From: an uncultured delta proteobacterium
GTDB taxonomy: Bacteria; Myxococcota_A; Polyangia; Fen-1088
Direction of reading: 5' to 3'
DNA length: 64,000 nucleotides
Assembly (NCBI GenBank): GCA_963755125.1
Contig: CAVWIP010000017.1
Coordinates: 128,001-192,000 of the forward strand
Shown: positions 30,072-39,736 of the stretch, one piece after another
Numbering within the stretch: position 1 is the stretch's first letter
Layout of the letters: the number at the start of each line of letters is the position of its first letter
The notes under the pieces: generated by a model
Database searches by the model: none
Seen by the model: the letters and a program-made list of their open reading frames with translations, nothing else
Told to the model about the DNA's origin: nothing
Translations under genes and position numbers: made by a program

Positions 30072-31250
30072 ATGATCAACATTAGAAGAGGACTATCAAT
30101 TCTGCCGCTGGCGGCAATCCTTGTGCTGGGCGTGCTGTCCCAGGGTTGTGCGCTGAAGCCCAAGCCGAGCGAGTTGGAAGCCCTGGAGAAACTGCGGGCG
30201 AGCCCGTCGGCTGCGGCGGCTCTCAAGCTGAAGAATGCCGCGCCGCTGGTCAAGAGCTCCGATGAGCTGCTCACGCGATCACAGGCCAAGTGGAAGAGCA
30301 GCGACCTGGACGAGTCAACCGATGCGGCACTCATGGGACAGGCCAAGCTGAAGCATGCCATCGCGCTGGCTGACCAGGAGGCCGCCAAGGCTCGCATCGC
30401 CAAGGCCGAGGACGATCTGGATGACCTGGCCGAAGAGCAGGCGAAGGTGCAGAAGGACCTAGACGCGGTCAACGAGGCCATCGGTCTGCTCAACCAGACC
30501 GCCCAGGCCAAGGAAGAGCAAAAGGCAATGGAGGCGCAGATGGACGCCGACAGGAAGATGGCGGCTGACAAATCCGATACCGCCGACAAGATCAGCGCCG
30601 CCGAGTTGGCCCTCAAGACGGCCGATACGGTGCAGGCGTCCACCTACGCCAAGGCCGAGTACAGCGCCGCTTCCGACACCCTGGCGCGTGCGCAGGCGGA
30701 GCTGCAGCAGGGGAACTTCCGTGGCGCGCAGATGAGCGCGGACATTGCCCGCAAGAAGGCCGAGGATGCCACCGCGATCGCGCAGCCGATCTATGCCGAG
30801 AAGACCAAGGCCGATGACAACCGGGCGCGCGCCGATTCGCTGACCAGAGAGGCCAGCACCATCGCGGGCGTGGAGGTTCGTCGCGATGCGCGCGGTGTCT
30901 TGCAGCGGATCGTGCTCAGCATCCCGGCGGAGCAGCTCTTCACCAAAAAGCAGAGCGTGATTGCCCCGGGTAGGGAAGCCATGCTCGACCCGATCGCCAC
31001 CCTGATGAAGAAGAAGGAGTACATGAACTATCCCGTGCAGATCGTGGGTTTTGCCGACCCGCACGGAAGCTCGAGTTCACTGCTGGCGCTGACCCTGGCC
31101 CGGGCCCAGTCGGTGGCGACCGCGCTGATGTCACGCGGGGTGGACAGCAAGCGGGTCATGGCCACTGGCCAGGGCGGCGCCGAGCCGCTGGCCGGCGGCA
31201 AGGACCGCAACCGCAACAACCGCATCGAGATCATCTTCCTGTACCAGTAG
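30072..31250 (+). CDS. Lipoprotein with coiled-coil/DUF4398-like region and OmpA-like peptidoglycan-binding domain
   Basis: SQGC lipobox; VQIVGFAD...LARAQSVATAL...G.G..EP...NNRIEI. Confidence 0.85.
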   Translation: MINIRRGLSILPLAAILVLGVLSQGCALKPKPSELEALEKLRASPSAAAALKLKNAAPLVKSSDELLTRSQAKWKSSDLDESTDAALMGQAKLKHAIALADQEAAKARIAKAEDDLDDLAEEQAKVQKDLDAVNEAIGLLNQTAQAKEEQKAMEAQMDADRKMAADKSDTADKISAAELALKTADTVQASTYAKAEYSAASDTLARAQAELQQGNFRGAQMSADIARKKAEDATAIAQPIYAEKTKADDNRARADSLTREASTIAGVEVRRDARGVLQRIVLSIPAEQLFTKKQSVIAPGREAMLDPIATLMKKKEYMNYPVQIVGFADPHGSSSSLLALTLARAQSVATALMSRGVDSKRVMATGQGGAEPLAGGKDRNRNNRIEIIFLYQ

Positions 31251-31264
31251 TCGGCATGGAATGA

Positions 31265-31288
31265 CCGGGGCGGCTCCCCCCGCCCCGG
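31265..31288. terminator. GC-rich hairpin between convergent genes
   Basis: CCGGGGCGG-N6-CCGCCCCGG; no U-tract. Confidence 0.4.
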
Positions 31289-31344
31289 ATCACGACCCGG
31301 CGTCCGCAAGAACGTGAGGCCGGATCGGAGACGATCCTACAATT

Positions 31345-31875
31345 TCACTCGGATCCCCAGGCTTCGTGAGCGAAGTAGAGGCCCGCAAAGACCTTCGCTG
31401 CCAGCAGCGTGCCTTGCCTCTCGCGCTCGGTCAGCCAGGTGCGAGCGTCGCGCAGGGGCACCTCGTGCACGCGGATGTTCTCGGAGGGTGTGCCGCCGCC
31501 TTTGCCCATCTTGGTGAGATCGGAGGCCAAGATGAATCTGACCAGCTCGTTGGTCATTCCAGGGGAGGTGGCGCTGGTGGAAACCAGCTTCAGCGTCGCG
31601 GCCTGGTAGCCGGTCTCCTCCAGCAGTTCCCGCCGCGCGGCTTCGAGCAAATCTTCGTGTTCGTGTCCAGGTTCGTCGCCAACCAGCCCGGCAGGAAACT
31701 CGATCGCGTTGCGGCCGACCGGCACGCGGTGCTGCTCGACGAACAGAAGCCGTCGCTCGGCGGTGAGCGGCACGATGACCACCACCGCGCGTGCGTTGGC
31801 GCGCTCCACGAAGGTCCAGCCATCGTGGTCCACCAGGCGAAGAAAGGGGGTCTCGGCGAGTATTCGGTGAGCCAC
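31345..31875 (-). CDS. NUDIX hydrolase (ADP-ribose pyrophosphatase-like)
   Basis: EFPAGLVG...EAARRELLEETGY Nudix box and SPG motif. Confidence 0.92.
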   Translation of the reverse strand: MAHRILAETPFLRLVDHDGWTFVERANARAVVVIVPLTAERRLLFVEQHRVPVGRNAIEFPAGLVGDEPGHEHEDLLEAARRELLEETGYQAATLKLVSTSATSPGMTNELVRFILASDLTKMGKGGGTPSENIRVHEVPLRDARTWLTERERQGTLLAAKVFAGLYFAHEAWGSE

Positions 31876-31883
31876 GCGGATTC

Positions 31884-32783
31884 CTACTTCCCCAGCTCTT
31901 CGTCGATCCAGTCACCGATGCTCTCGATGTCGTGGCGGCCGGCGTACTTGCGACCGTTGATGTAGATGGTGGGCGTTGAGTTGATCCCCAGGGCGGTGCC
32001 CTCGGATTTATCCTGGGTCACGGCAGCCTTGACCTCGTCCGAGGTCATGTCGCTGCGCCATCGGGTGACGTCGAGTCCCACCTCCTTGGCGATCTTCTCC
32101 AGCACCGCCGGGGTGAGGGAGTCGGCATTGGCCCACACCTTGTCGTTGTAGGGCCAGAACTTGCCCTGTTTGTGGGCGGCCGTGGCGGCCTCGGCCGCCA
32201 GGCGCGCGTTGGTGTGGGAACTCAGGGGGAAGTGCTTGAAGCAGAGCCTCACCTGCCGCGGGTAGGTGTCGAGGACTTGTCGCATGAGCGCCTGAGCCGT
32301 GCGGCAGTGCGGGCATTCGTAGTCGACGAATTCGATCAGAGTGACCCGCGCGTCGGCCGGACCCTTGTTGGGCGCTCGACTGATGTCGATGTCCTTGTGG
32401 ACCACCTCGCGATAACGGTTCTGCAACTCCTCGGCTATCTCGGAGTCGGTGTAGCCGGAGTCGACCAGCTTGGCTACGTATCGGACCGCGAACACCGAGC
32501 GCCTACAGCCAGCGTCGTGCTTGACCGAGTAGATGAGGCTGTGACCCTTGCCGCAGCTTGATGGCTCCCGGTTGACCACGCGAAAGAAGACCTTGCGTTC
32601 ATACTCGTCCAGCTTGGAGAGGTCGATGCCAGGCGGGGGCGAGGTATCGATCTCACCCGATCCCTTGCCGTCGGCTGGTTTGTCCTCGGTGGCCAGGACC
32701 GGCCGATGAAGGGGCGTCCACGCGCCCAGGAAGGCGAATAGGGCGGCGGACGCAAGACCAAAACGGGATAGGACGGGGGGCAT
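31884..32783 (-). CDS. DsbA/thioredoxin-fold periplasmic protein
   Basis: EFVDYECPHC, KHFPL and GINSTPTIYING motifs. Confidence 0.88.
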   Translation of the reverse strand: MPPVLSRFGLASAALFAFLGAWTPLHRPVLATEDKPADGKGSGEIDTSPPPGIDLSKLDEYERKVFFRVVNREPSSCGKGHSLIYSVKHDAGCRRSVFAVRYVAKLVDSGYTDSEIAEELQNRYREVVHKDIDISRAPNKGPADARVTLIEFVDYECPHCRTAQALMRQVLDTYPRQVRLCFKHFPLSSHTNARLAAEAATAAHKQGKFWPYNDKVWANADSLTPAVLEKIAKEVGLDVTRWRSDMTSDEVKAAVTQDKSEGTALGINSTPTIYINGRKYAGRHDIESIGDWIDEELGK

Positions 32784-32900
32784 CGAGGCGAAGATTAGAA
32801 ACCACCGCGGCGCAAGTCAAACGCCGATGCGGAGTCTCGACCCCAATTGACGAAGCCCGCAGCGCCGGCCAGTATTAGCCCGTCGTCGGACGATACCACC

Positions 32901-33302
32901 ATGGGGTCGGATTACACAGCCGCCGCACTTGCCATCCTGACTGGGGTCGGGATGGCCGTCGCCTTCAGCGCGCTGGCGCGCTTCGTGGGCGAGCGGCGCG
33001 TGACCCGGGCCAAGCAGATCGCGTACGAGGCTGGCTCGGACCCGGTGGGCAGCCCGTGGGTGCGCATGCCGGTGCGTTTCTACCCGGTCGCGATCCTTTT
33101 CTTGGTGTTCGACATCGAGGTGGCGTTTCTCTACCCATGGGCCATCAACTACGCGTCCTTGTCGTGTGCGGAACCCCTGGTCAAGGGCACGTGCCAGGCC
33201 GGCGTTTCGTGGTTGGGCGTGGGCACCGTCGGGTTCTTCATGGCGGTGTTGCTGGTCGCGCTCGCCTACGTGTGGCGCAAGCGCGCGATCGGATGGGACT
33301 AG
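32901..33302 (+). CDS. nuoA: NADH-quinone oxidoreductase subunit A
   Basis: YEAGSDP, FYPVAILFLVFDIEVAFLYPWA. Confidence 0.92.
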   Translation: MGSDYTAAALAILTGVGMAVAFSALARFVGERRVTRAKQIAYEAGSDPVGSPWVRMPVRFYPVAILFLVFDIEVAFLYPWAINYASLSCAEPLVKGTCQAGVSWLGVGTVGFFMAVLLVALAYVWRKRAIGWD

Positions 33303-33305
33303 GAG

Positions 33306-33848
33306 ATGCCATTCTCGGTCTACACGTCGAAACTGGCCCAGGCGGTGAACTGGGCGCGCAAGTTCTCGCTGTTCGAGTATCCCTTTGTCACCGCCTGCTG
33401 TGGCATGGAGTTCATGGCGACCTGGGCGCCCAAGTACGACATCGCGCGCTTCGGGGCCGAACTGCCGCGCTTTTCCCCACGCCAGGCGGATCTGCTCATC
33501 GTGGTGGGGACCATCACCGAGCGCCAGGGGCCGGTGCTTCGCCGCATTTACGATCAGATGTGCGAGCCCAAGTGGGTCATCGCATACGGTGTGTGCGCGT
33601 CGACCGGCGGTTTCTACCAGAACTACTCGGCCATGCCGGGCGCCGATCAGGTCATTCCCGTGGACGTGTACATTCCCGGCTGCCCGCCGCGGCCCGAGCA
33701 GATGCTGGACGCGCTGGTGATGCTGCAGGAACGCATCCAGAAGGGCGAGGGTCACAGCCAGGTGGTGCTGAGGGCCGAGCGGGGCTATGTCGCGCCCGAC
33801 GTGGCCATCCGGCCCGCCGGCGATACAAGGGAAGGGAGCGGCCGCTAG
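33306..33848 (+). CDS. nuoB: NADH-quinone oxidoreductase subunit B
   Basis: TACCGME, SPRQAD, GVCASTGG and PVDVYIPGCPP motifs. Confidence 0.95.
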   Translation: MPFSVYTSKLAQAVNWARKFSLFEYPFVTACCGMEFMATWAPKYDIARFGAELPRFSPRQADLLIVVGTITERQGPVLRRIYDQMCEPKWVIAYGVCASTGGFYQNYSAMPGADQVIPVDVYIPGCPPRPEQMLDALVMLQERIQKGEGHSQVVLRAERGYVAPDVAIRPAGDTREGSGR

Positions 33849-33860
33849 GGCCTGCGAGAC

Positions 33861-34355
33861 ATGGCCAAGATCATCCTCGACCGGCTCGCCCAGCAGTTCG
33901 TGGCGGGCGAAATCCTGGAAACCGGATCGCAGCACGGCAACGAGTGGGCGCGCGTGGCGCCGGCGCACTGGCGCGCGGTGGCGCAGTTTCTGCGCGACGA
34001 TGCGGTCGCCGCGCTCAACATGTTCATCGATCTGACCTGCGTGGATCGACTGGGCCGCACGCCACGTTTCGACGTGGTGATGCATCTGTATTCGGTGGAC
34101 AAGAAGCATCGGGTGCGGCTTCTGGCCGGGCTGCCCGAGGACGATTCCAGCATCGACTCTTTGGTGGCGCTGTGGCCGGGCGCGAACTGGTTCGAACGCG
34201 AGGCCTTTGATCTCTACGGCGTGCACTTCGTGGGCCACCCGGATCTGCGCCGCATTTTGATGTACCCAGAATTCGTGGGCCATCCCTTGCGCAAGGACTT
34301 TCCCAAGGAAGGGCGCCAGCCGCTGTTGCGCCGGTTGCCCGGCAGTGTGGACTAG
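33861..34355 (+). CDS. nuoC: NADH-quinone oxidoreductase subunit C
   Basis: ANWFEREAFDLYG...GHPDLRRIL...GHPLRKDFP. Confidence 0.94.
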   Translation: MAKIILDRLAQQFVAGEILETGSQHGNEWARVAPAHWRAVAQFLRDDAVAALNMFIDLTCVDRLGRTPRFDVVMHLYSVDKKHRVRLLAGLPEDDSSIDSLVALWPGANWFEREAFDLYGVHFVGHPDLRRILMYPEFVGHPLRKDFPKEGRQPLLRRLPGSVD

Positions 34356-34359
34356 AGTG

Positions 34360-35613
34360 ATGGACGACTCATCTCAGACTGCCCGCCGCGTGGTGATGGA
34401 TTTTGGCGACGCCGCCAATCTCCCCGATGATGACGAGCTGCCCACGGAATCCATGCCGCTCAACATGGGGCCTTCGCACCCTGCGATGCACGGGACGGTG
34501 CGCATGGTTCTCGAAGTCGAGGGCGAGAAGATCCGCAGCGCCGACGTGCAGATCGGCTTTTTGCACCGGTGCTTCGAGAAGGAAGCGGAGAACGCCACCT
34601 GGACCCAGATCTTCCCCTACACCGACCGCCTCAACTACGTGTCGCCCATGCTGTGCAACGTGGGTTACGCCCTAGCCGTGGAGAAGCTGCTCGACATCGA
34701 CAGGAAAATTCCCGCGCGCGCGCAGTTCATCCGGGTCATCGTCGGCGAGATCTCGCGCATCACCGATCACCTGACCTGTCTGGCCGCCAGCGCGATGGAG
34801 CTGGCCGCGTTCACCGTGTTCTTCTATCTGATGAAGGCGCGCGAATGGTTGTGGGAACTTCTGGAGGAAGTCTCGGGCGCGCGCCTGACCCACAGCTACG
34901 TGCGCATCGGCGGCGTGGTCGCCGATCTGACGGATGACTTCTGTCCCAAGCTGCGCGATGTCTTGCGCCGCTGTCGCGCCGCCATCGCTGATGCGGACAA
35001 GCTGCTGACCGGCAACCGCATCTTCCGCGACCGCATGGACGGGATTGCCATCATCACGCGCGACGACGCCATCGGCTGGGGACTGACCGGGCCGGTGGGC
35101 CGCTCGGCCGGTCTCGACTACGACGTGCGCAAGGACCATCCCTATCTGGTCTACGATCGCTTCGACTTCGACGTGCCGGTGGGCTCGAAGGGCGACAACT
35201 TCGATCGCTACGCGGTTCGCCTGGAAGAGATGCGGCAGTCGATGCGCATCCTGGAACAGGCCATGGATTTGCTGCCCGCCGGCCCGGTTCTCATCAACGA
35301 CGCCCGCGTCGCGCTGCCGCCCAAACGCGAGGTGTACAACACCATCGAGTCCATGATCGCGCACTTCAAATTGATCATGGACGGCATCGTGGTGCCGCCC
35401 GGCGAGATTTACTCGTTCACCGAGGGTGGTAACGGCGAACTGGGTTTCTACATCGTATCCGACGGCACCGGCCAACCGTGGAAGTGTCGCGTGCGGCCGC
35501 CCTGCTTCGCCCACACCGCCGTGCTCAACAAGGTTCTGCCCGGGCTGTTCATCGCCGACGTGGTCCCGACTTTCGGGATGATCAACATGATCGGCGGGGA
35601 GTGCGATCGCTGA
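34360..35613 (+). CDS. nuoD: NADH-quinone oxidoreductase subunit D
   Basis: LNMGPSHPAMHG, GFLHR, DRLNY and C-terminal GECDR. Confidence 0.95.
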   Translation: MDDSSQTARRVVMDFGDAANLPDDDELPTESMPLNMGPSHPAMHGTVRMVLEVEGEKIRSADVQIGFLHRCFEKEAENATWTQIFPYTDRLNYVSPMLCNVGYALAVEKLLDIDRKIPARAQFIRVIVGEISRITDHLTCLAASAMELAAFTVFFYLMKAREWLWELLEEVSGARLTHSYVRIGGVVADLTDDFCPKLRDVLRRCRAAIADADKLLTGNRIFRDRMDGIAIITRDDAIGWGLTGPVGRSAGLDYDVRKDHPYLVYDRFDFDVPVGSKGDNFDRYAVRLEEMRQSMRILEQAMDLLPAGPVLINDARVALPPKREVYNTIESMIAHFKLIMDGIVVPPGEIYSFTEGGNGELGFYIVSDGTGQPWKCRVRPPCFAHTAVLNKVLPGLFIADVVPTFGMINMIGGECDR

Positions 35614-37190
35614 TGGCAGGCGAGATGCCAGCAAAGGCTGCAGCGCGGGCTAGCGTGAAGATGGTCATCGACGGCCAGCCCCACGAGTTTCCCGCGGGTT
35701 TGACCATTCTGGAGGCCTGCCAGCGTGTGGGGAGCAAGGTGCCGTTTTTCTGCTGGCACCCCGGCCTGTCGGCGCCCGCGGTCTGTCGCCAGTGTCTGGT
35801 CGAGATCAAGGGATTCCCCAAGCCGATTCCATCCTGCTACACGCCGGTGGCTGACAAGATGGAGGTCATCACCAACTCGCCCAAGGTGCTGGATGTACGG
35901 CGGCAGATGCTGGAATTCACGCTGCTCAACCATCCCATCGATTGCCCGATCTGCGACAAAGCCGGTGAGTGCCTGTTGCAGAAGCACTACTTCGACTGGG
36001 ACGCGCGCCTGGCCCGCAACGACGGCAGCAAGGTGCGCAAGGCCAAGGTGGTCAACGTCGGCCGCCACATCGTACTCGACCAGGAGCGCTGCATTCTCTG
36101 CTCGCGCTGCATTCGCGTGTGCAACGAAGTGGCGCGCCAGCCGGATCTGGTCATGGCGTTTCGCGGGGATCGCCAGCTTCTGACCACGGCGCCGGGGCGG
36201 CGATTGGACAATCCCTATTCGCTCAACACCGTCAACGTCTGTCCGGTGGGCGCGCTGACTGCCAAGGATTTTCGTTTTTCCATGCGCGCCTGGGAAATAT
36301 GGGCCACGCCCTCGGTGTGTCCCGGCTGCGCCACGGGCTGCAATATCGAGATCCACGCGGCCCGCAACGTGATCCGGCGCCTGATTCCGCGGCTCAACCC
36401 GGCCGTGAACAAGTACTGGATGTGCGACGAGGGGCGGCTGAGCTACAAGCCGGTGCACGAGAATAGGCTGGCCGCGCCCATGGTGGCAGGCGCACCGACG
36501 AGTTGGGACGCTGCCCTGGCCGAAGCGGCCCGTCTGCTCGCCCAGGCCCGCGACAAGTCGCCTTCGACCCTGGGCGTGGTCGTGTCGGCCCAGATGACCA
36601 ACGAGGAGATCTTTGCATTCTCGCGCCTGGCCACCGAGCAGCTGCGAACCAGCAAGATCTACCTGGCGGGAGCGCCGGAGGGCTGGTGCGACGACGTCCT
36701 GGTGAGCGCCGACAAGAATCCCAACACCACCGGGGCCAAGTTGATCGTGGGACCGAGCCTGCGCACGGCCGCGGATCTGAAGCAGGATCGGGAGGCTGGA
36801 GTTGTGACAGCGTTGCTCGTGGTCGGCGGTGCGGCCGACTCGTGCGACTCGCTGCAGACCTTGGTTGTCGTGGCTTCGCACCAGGGCCCGCCGGTCGCAG
36901 CCGCGCAGGTGGCGCTGCCCCTGGCTATGTGGGCCGAGGTTGACGGCAGCTTCACCAACCGGCAAGCCAAGGTGCAGCGCCTGCACGCGGCCATCGCGCC
37001 GGCCGGGCAATCTCGGCCTGGCTGGGAAATTGCGGCCCGGCTGGGACGTGCGCTGGGCGCGGCGTGGGCGTATGCCGATGCGAAGCAGGTATTCAGCGAG
37101 ACCTGCGACAAGGTCACCTTGCTGAGCGGGGCTGACTGGGGCACAGCGGAGATGCCGGTGCAACTTCGTTTCGCCAATTCGAGGGGGTAG
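35613..37190 (+). CDS. nuoG: NADH-quinone oxidoreductase subunit G (short form)
   Basis: PFFCWHP...CRQCLVE, NHPIDCPICDKAGEC, RCILCSRC, CPVGAL and CPGCATGC Fe-S motifs. Confidence 0.88.
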   Translation: MAGEMPAKAAARASVKMVIDGQPHEFPAGLTILEACQRVGSKVPFFCWHPGLSAPAVCRQCLVEIKGFPKPIPSCYTPVADKMEVITNSPKVLDVRRQMLEFTLLNHPIDCPICDKAGECLLQKHYFDWDARLARNDGSKVRKAKVVNVGRHIVLDQERCILCSRCIRVCNEVARQPDLVMAFRGDRQLLTTAPGRRLDNPYSLNTVNVCPVGALTAKDFRFSMRAWEIWATPSVCPGCATGCNIEIHAARNVIRRLIPRLNPAVNKYWMCDEGRLSYKPVHENRLAAPMVAGAPTSWDAALAEAARLLAQARDKSPSTLGVVVSAQMTNEEIFAFSRLATEQLRTSKIYLAGAPEGWCDDVLVSADKNPNTTGAKLIVGPSLRTAADLKQDREAGVVTALLVVGGAADSCDSLQTLVVVASHQGPPVAAAQVALPLAMWAEVDGSFTNRQAKVQRLHAAIAPAGQSRPGWEIAARLGRALGAAWAYADAKQVFSETCDKVTLLSGADWGTAEMPVQLRFANSRG

Positions 37191-37195
37191 GGGAG

Positions 37196-38308
37196 ATGTC
37201 GGGCGCGCAACTTCTTTCCTACGGTCAGCCCGGCTTCGCCATCGCGGCGGCCCTCATCAAGATCCTGGCGTTCATCGTGCTCTTCGCCATGGGCCTGGCC
37301 AGCCTGCTCACCTGGTTGGAGCGGCGCCAGTCGGCCATGATGCAAGACCGGCTGGGCCCCAACCGCGCCAACATCGGGCGCTGGCGCGCCTGGGGCATCC
37401 TGCACTTCGTCGCCGACGCGCTGAAGATGATGTTCAAGGAGGACTTCATCCCGCCCAAGGCAAACCGGTTTCTGTTCACGCTGGCGCCCGTCCTGGCTCT
37501 CGCGCCGCCGCTCATCGTGCTGGCCATCATTCCCTTCGGGGCGCCGCTGTGCTGGGGACAGATGCGCGAGGCGGTTCCGCTCGGCACCTGCGTGGAGCCG
37601 GTGGACCTGCAGATCGCCGTGCTCGACGTGGGCGTGCTGTTCTACTTCGCGTTCGCTTCGTTGTCGGTCTTCGGTGTCACCTTGGCGGGATGGGCCTCGC
37701 ACAACAAGTGGGCCTTGATGGGCGGGTTGCGGGCCGCCTCGCAGATGATTTCCTACGAGGTCACCATGGGCATGGCGGTGCTGGCCATGTTCCTGTCCTA
37801 CGGTACGCTGGAACCGGGTGCCATGGTGCTGCAACAGGGGCCGGCACCCTGGCAGTGGGGGATCGTCCGCGGTGTTCCGCACTTCATCGCGTTTTTTCTG
37901 TTTCTCACAGCGGCCTTCTCGGAAACCAAACGCACGCCTTTTGACTTGCCCGAAGGCGAATCCGAAATCGTGGGCTATTTCGTCGAGTACTCAGGCTTGC
38001 GCTTCGGCATGTTCTATCTGGGCGAGTTCATCGAGGTCATCGGCTCGTCCGCGCTGATGGTGACCATCTTCCTGGGTGGCTGGCAGATCTGGGGCGCCAG
38101 CGTTTTGCCCAACTGGGCCCATGTGCTTCTGTCGGTGCTGGTGTGGTCAGGCAAGGTCTTCCTCTTCTGCGTGTTCCAGTTGGCAGTGCGCTGGACGCTG
38201 CCGCGTTTTCGCGCGGATCAGTTGATGCGGCTGGGCTGGCAGCGGCTGCTTCCATTGTCAATCGCTAATGTCGTGCTGGCCGCGTGCTGGCAGATGTGGA
38301 TTCGCTAG
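37196..38308 (+). CDS. nuoH: NADH-quinone oxidoreductase subunit H
   Basis: ERR..A..QDRLGPN, LRAASQMISYE and RTPFDLPEGESE motifs. Confidence 0.95.
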   Translation: MSGAQLLSYGQPGFAIAAALIKILAFIVLFAMGLASLLTWLERRQSAMMQDRLGPNRANIGRWRAWGILHFVADALKMMFKEDFIPPKANRFLFTLAPVLALAPPLIVLAIIPFGAPLCWGQMREAVPLGTCVEPVDLQIAVLDVGVLFYFAFASLSVFGVTLAGWASHNKWALMGGLRAASQMISYEVTMGMAVLAMFLSYGTLEPGAMVLQQGPAPWQWGIVRGVPHFIAFFLFLTAAFSETKRTPFDLPEGESEIVGYFVEYSGLRFGMFYLGEFIEVIGSSALMVTIFLGGWQIWGASVLPNWAHVLLSVLVWSGKVFLFCVFQLAVRWTLPRFRADQLMRLGWQRLLPLSIANVVLAACWQMWIR

Positions 38309-38865
38309 TGGCCGCGACGGTGAAAACTGTCAGCCGGCCTGCGGGATGGAAGCGTCGAAGCTATCTGTGGGGAACGATGCAGGGACTGTGCGTGACCTTC
38401 GGGCATTTTCTGCGCAACTGGCCCCGCAATCTTCTCGGCTGGCGCGCGCAGTCCGACATCGTGACCCTGGCCTATCCCGAGGAGAAACGAGCATACCCGC
38501 CGCGCAACCGGGGATTGCACCGCCTGATGAAACGGGCCGACGGGCAGGTTCGCTGCGTGGCCTGCATGATGTGTCCCACGGCGTGCCCCGCCCATTGCAT
38601 CAGCATCGTTCCCGAAGAATCGCAGGATCCGCGCATCGAGAAGCGGCCTCGCATTTTCCAGATCGACGAACTCCGCTGCGTGGTGTGCGGCCTGTGCGTG
38701 GAGGCTTGCCCGTGCGACGCCATTCGCATGGACACCGGGATCCACGCCTGGCCAACCATCCGTCGCGCTGATGCCATCCTGGACAAGGAAGAACTGCTCT
38801 CGCGTGGCGAGATTTCGAGCGCAACTCAAGGAGGCGCCGGACTTTTCTGGCGAGATCGGAAGTAG
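38308..38865 (+). CDS. nuoI: NADH-quinone oxidoreductase subunit I
   Basis: YPEEK and two CxxCxxCxxxCP motifs. Confidence 0.92.
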   Translation: MAATVKTVSRPAGWKRRSYLWGTMQGLCVTFGHFLRNWPRNLLGWRAQSDIVTLAYPEEKRAYPPRNRGLHRLMKRADGQVRCVACMMCPTACPAHCISIVPEESQDPRIEKRPRIFQIDELRCVVCGLCVEACPCDAIRMDTGIHAWPTIRRADAILDKEELLSRGEISSATQGGAGLFWRDRK

Positions 38866-39167
38866 GGAGAATTCTTTCTTGACCGTCGCTGAGCAGAGGC
38901 ACATGATCGTAAGTGAACCCTCTGTGCGGTTCGACAGCCGGACGAGATTCTTTTCCCTACAAATTGAATTCTGGGAGCCGCCTCTGGCCGTTGGAATGTG
39001 CACGCCCGCTAGAGTCGGGAAGCCCGATGCGGCTAATTCTGTGGCTCCCCCCTTACGAAAGTAGGGGCTAGGAACTCATCCGGAACGGCCGAGGCGGAGG
39101 GTTCACTACTTTTCTCCTCGGGCACGGCATTCGCAGGGTTGCAGCCCCATGCAACACCGTGTCCGAA

Positions 39168-39540
39168 ATGGAAGCCAATCCGCAGCCATCATTCCCGTCG
39201 TCGATATGGGAACCCTGGGAGGGTTCCCATGCCCTGGCGATGGTACGCGGCCGGCAAAGCCGGCCGGCTCCCCACGCGACCCGACCGAACCTCGGACAGA
39301 CCAGCGGAATTCCGGCCAAGCCGCCGCGGCTGCTGGACCAGGTGCGAGCGAGCCTTCGCGCCCGCCACTACAGCGCGCGCACCGAGAAAGCGTACGTCGC
39401 ATGGATTCGCCGGTTCATCCTGTTCCACGGCAAGCGCCATCCCGAATCCATGGCCGAGGTCGAGATCGGCGCCTATCTGTCCAGTCTGGCCGAGGCCAAG
39501 GTCAGCTCGTCGACCCAGAACCAGGCCCTGGCTGCGCTGG
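39168..39540 (+). pseudogene. intI: 3'-truncated integron integrase (N-terminal domain only)
   Basis: KPPRLLDQVRASLRARHYSARTEKAYVAWIRRFILFHGKRHP...VSSSTQNQALAAL is a typical IntI N-terminus. Similarity stops abruptly at about 39540 and no catalytic domain follows. Confidence 0.85.
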
Positions 39541-39552
39541 TTCCGCGGCTCA

Positions 39553-39668
39553 GTTCAACTTGGGTTTGCTGGAAAGGCCACCGTCGAGGAGGCGCCCACG
39601 CCGGGTCCCGATGGACCGTCTCGTCTTCTCGTGCGATCATCAATTCCAGCAAACCCTATTGGTTCGGC
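39553..39668 (+). other. attC site 0 (atypical)
   Basis: R'' GTTCAAC, 5 nt, TTTGCTGGAA...TTCCAGCAAA, 8 nt, R' GTTCGGC. Spacing equals that of the other attC sites, but no extrahelical base is evident in the L box. Confidence 0.6.
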
Positions 39669-39736
39669 GGACGCCCCGCGGTCGGGGCGATTCGGGCGGT
39701 AGAGGAGACGACGAAAGAGGCGTATGATGCGCAGCC

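Noticed and set aside
39644..39668. attI site
   Set aside because: This stretch is better explained as the right arm of the attC0 hairpin, given the 13-bp inverted partner at 39562-39574.
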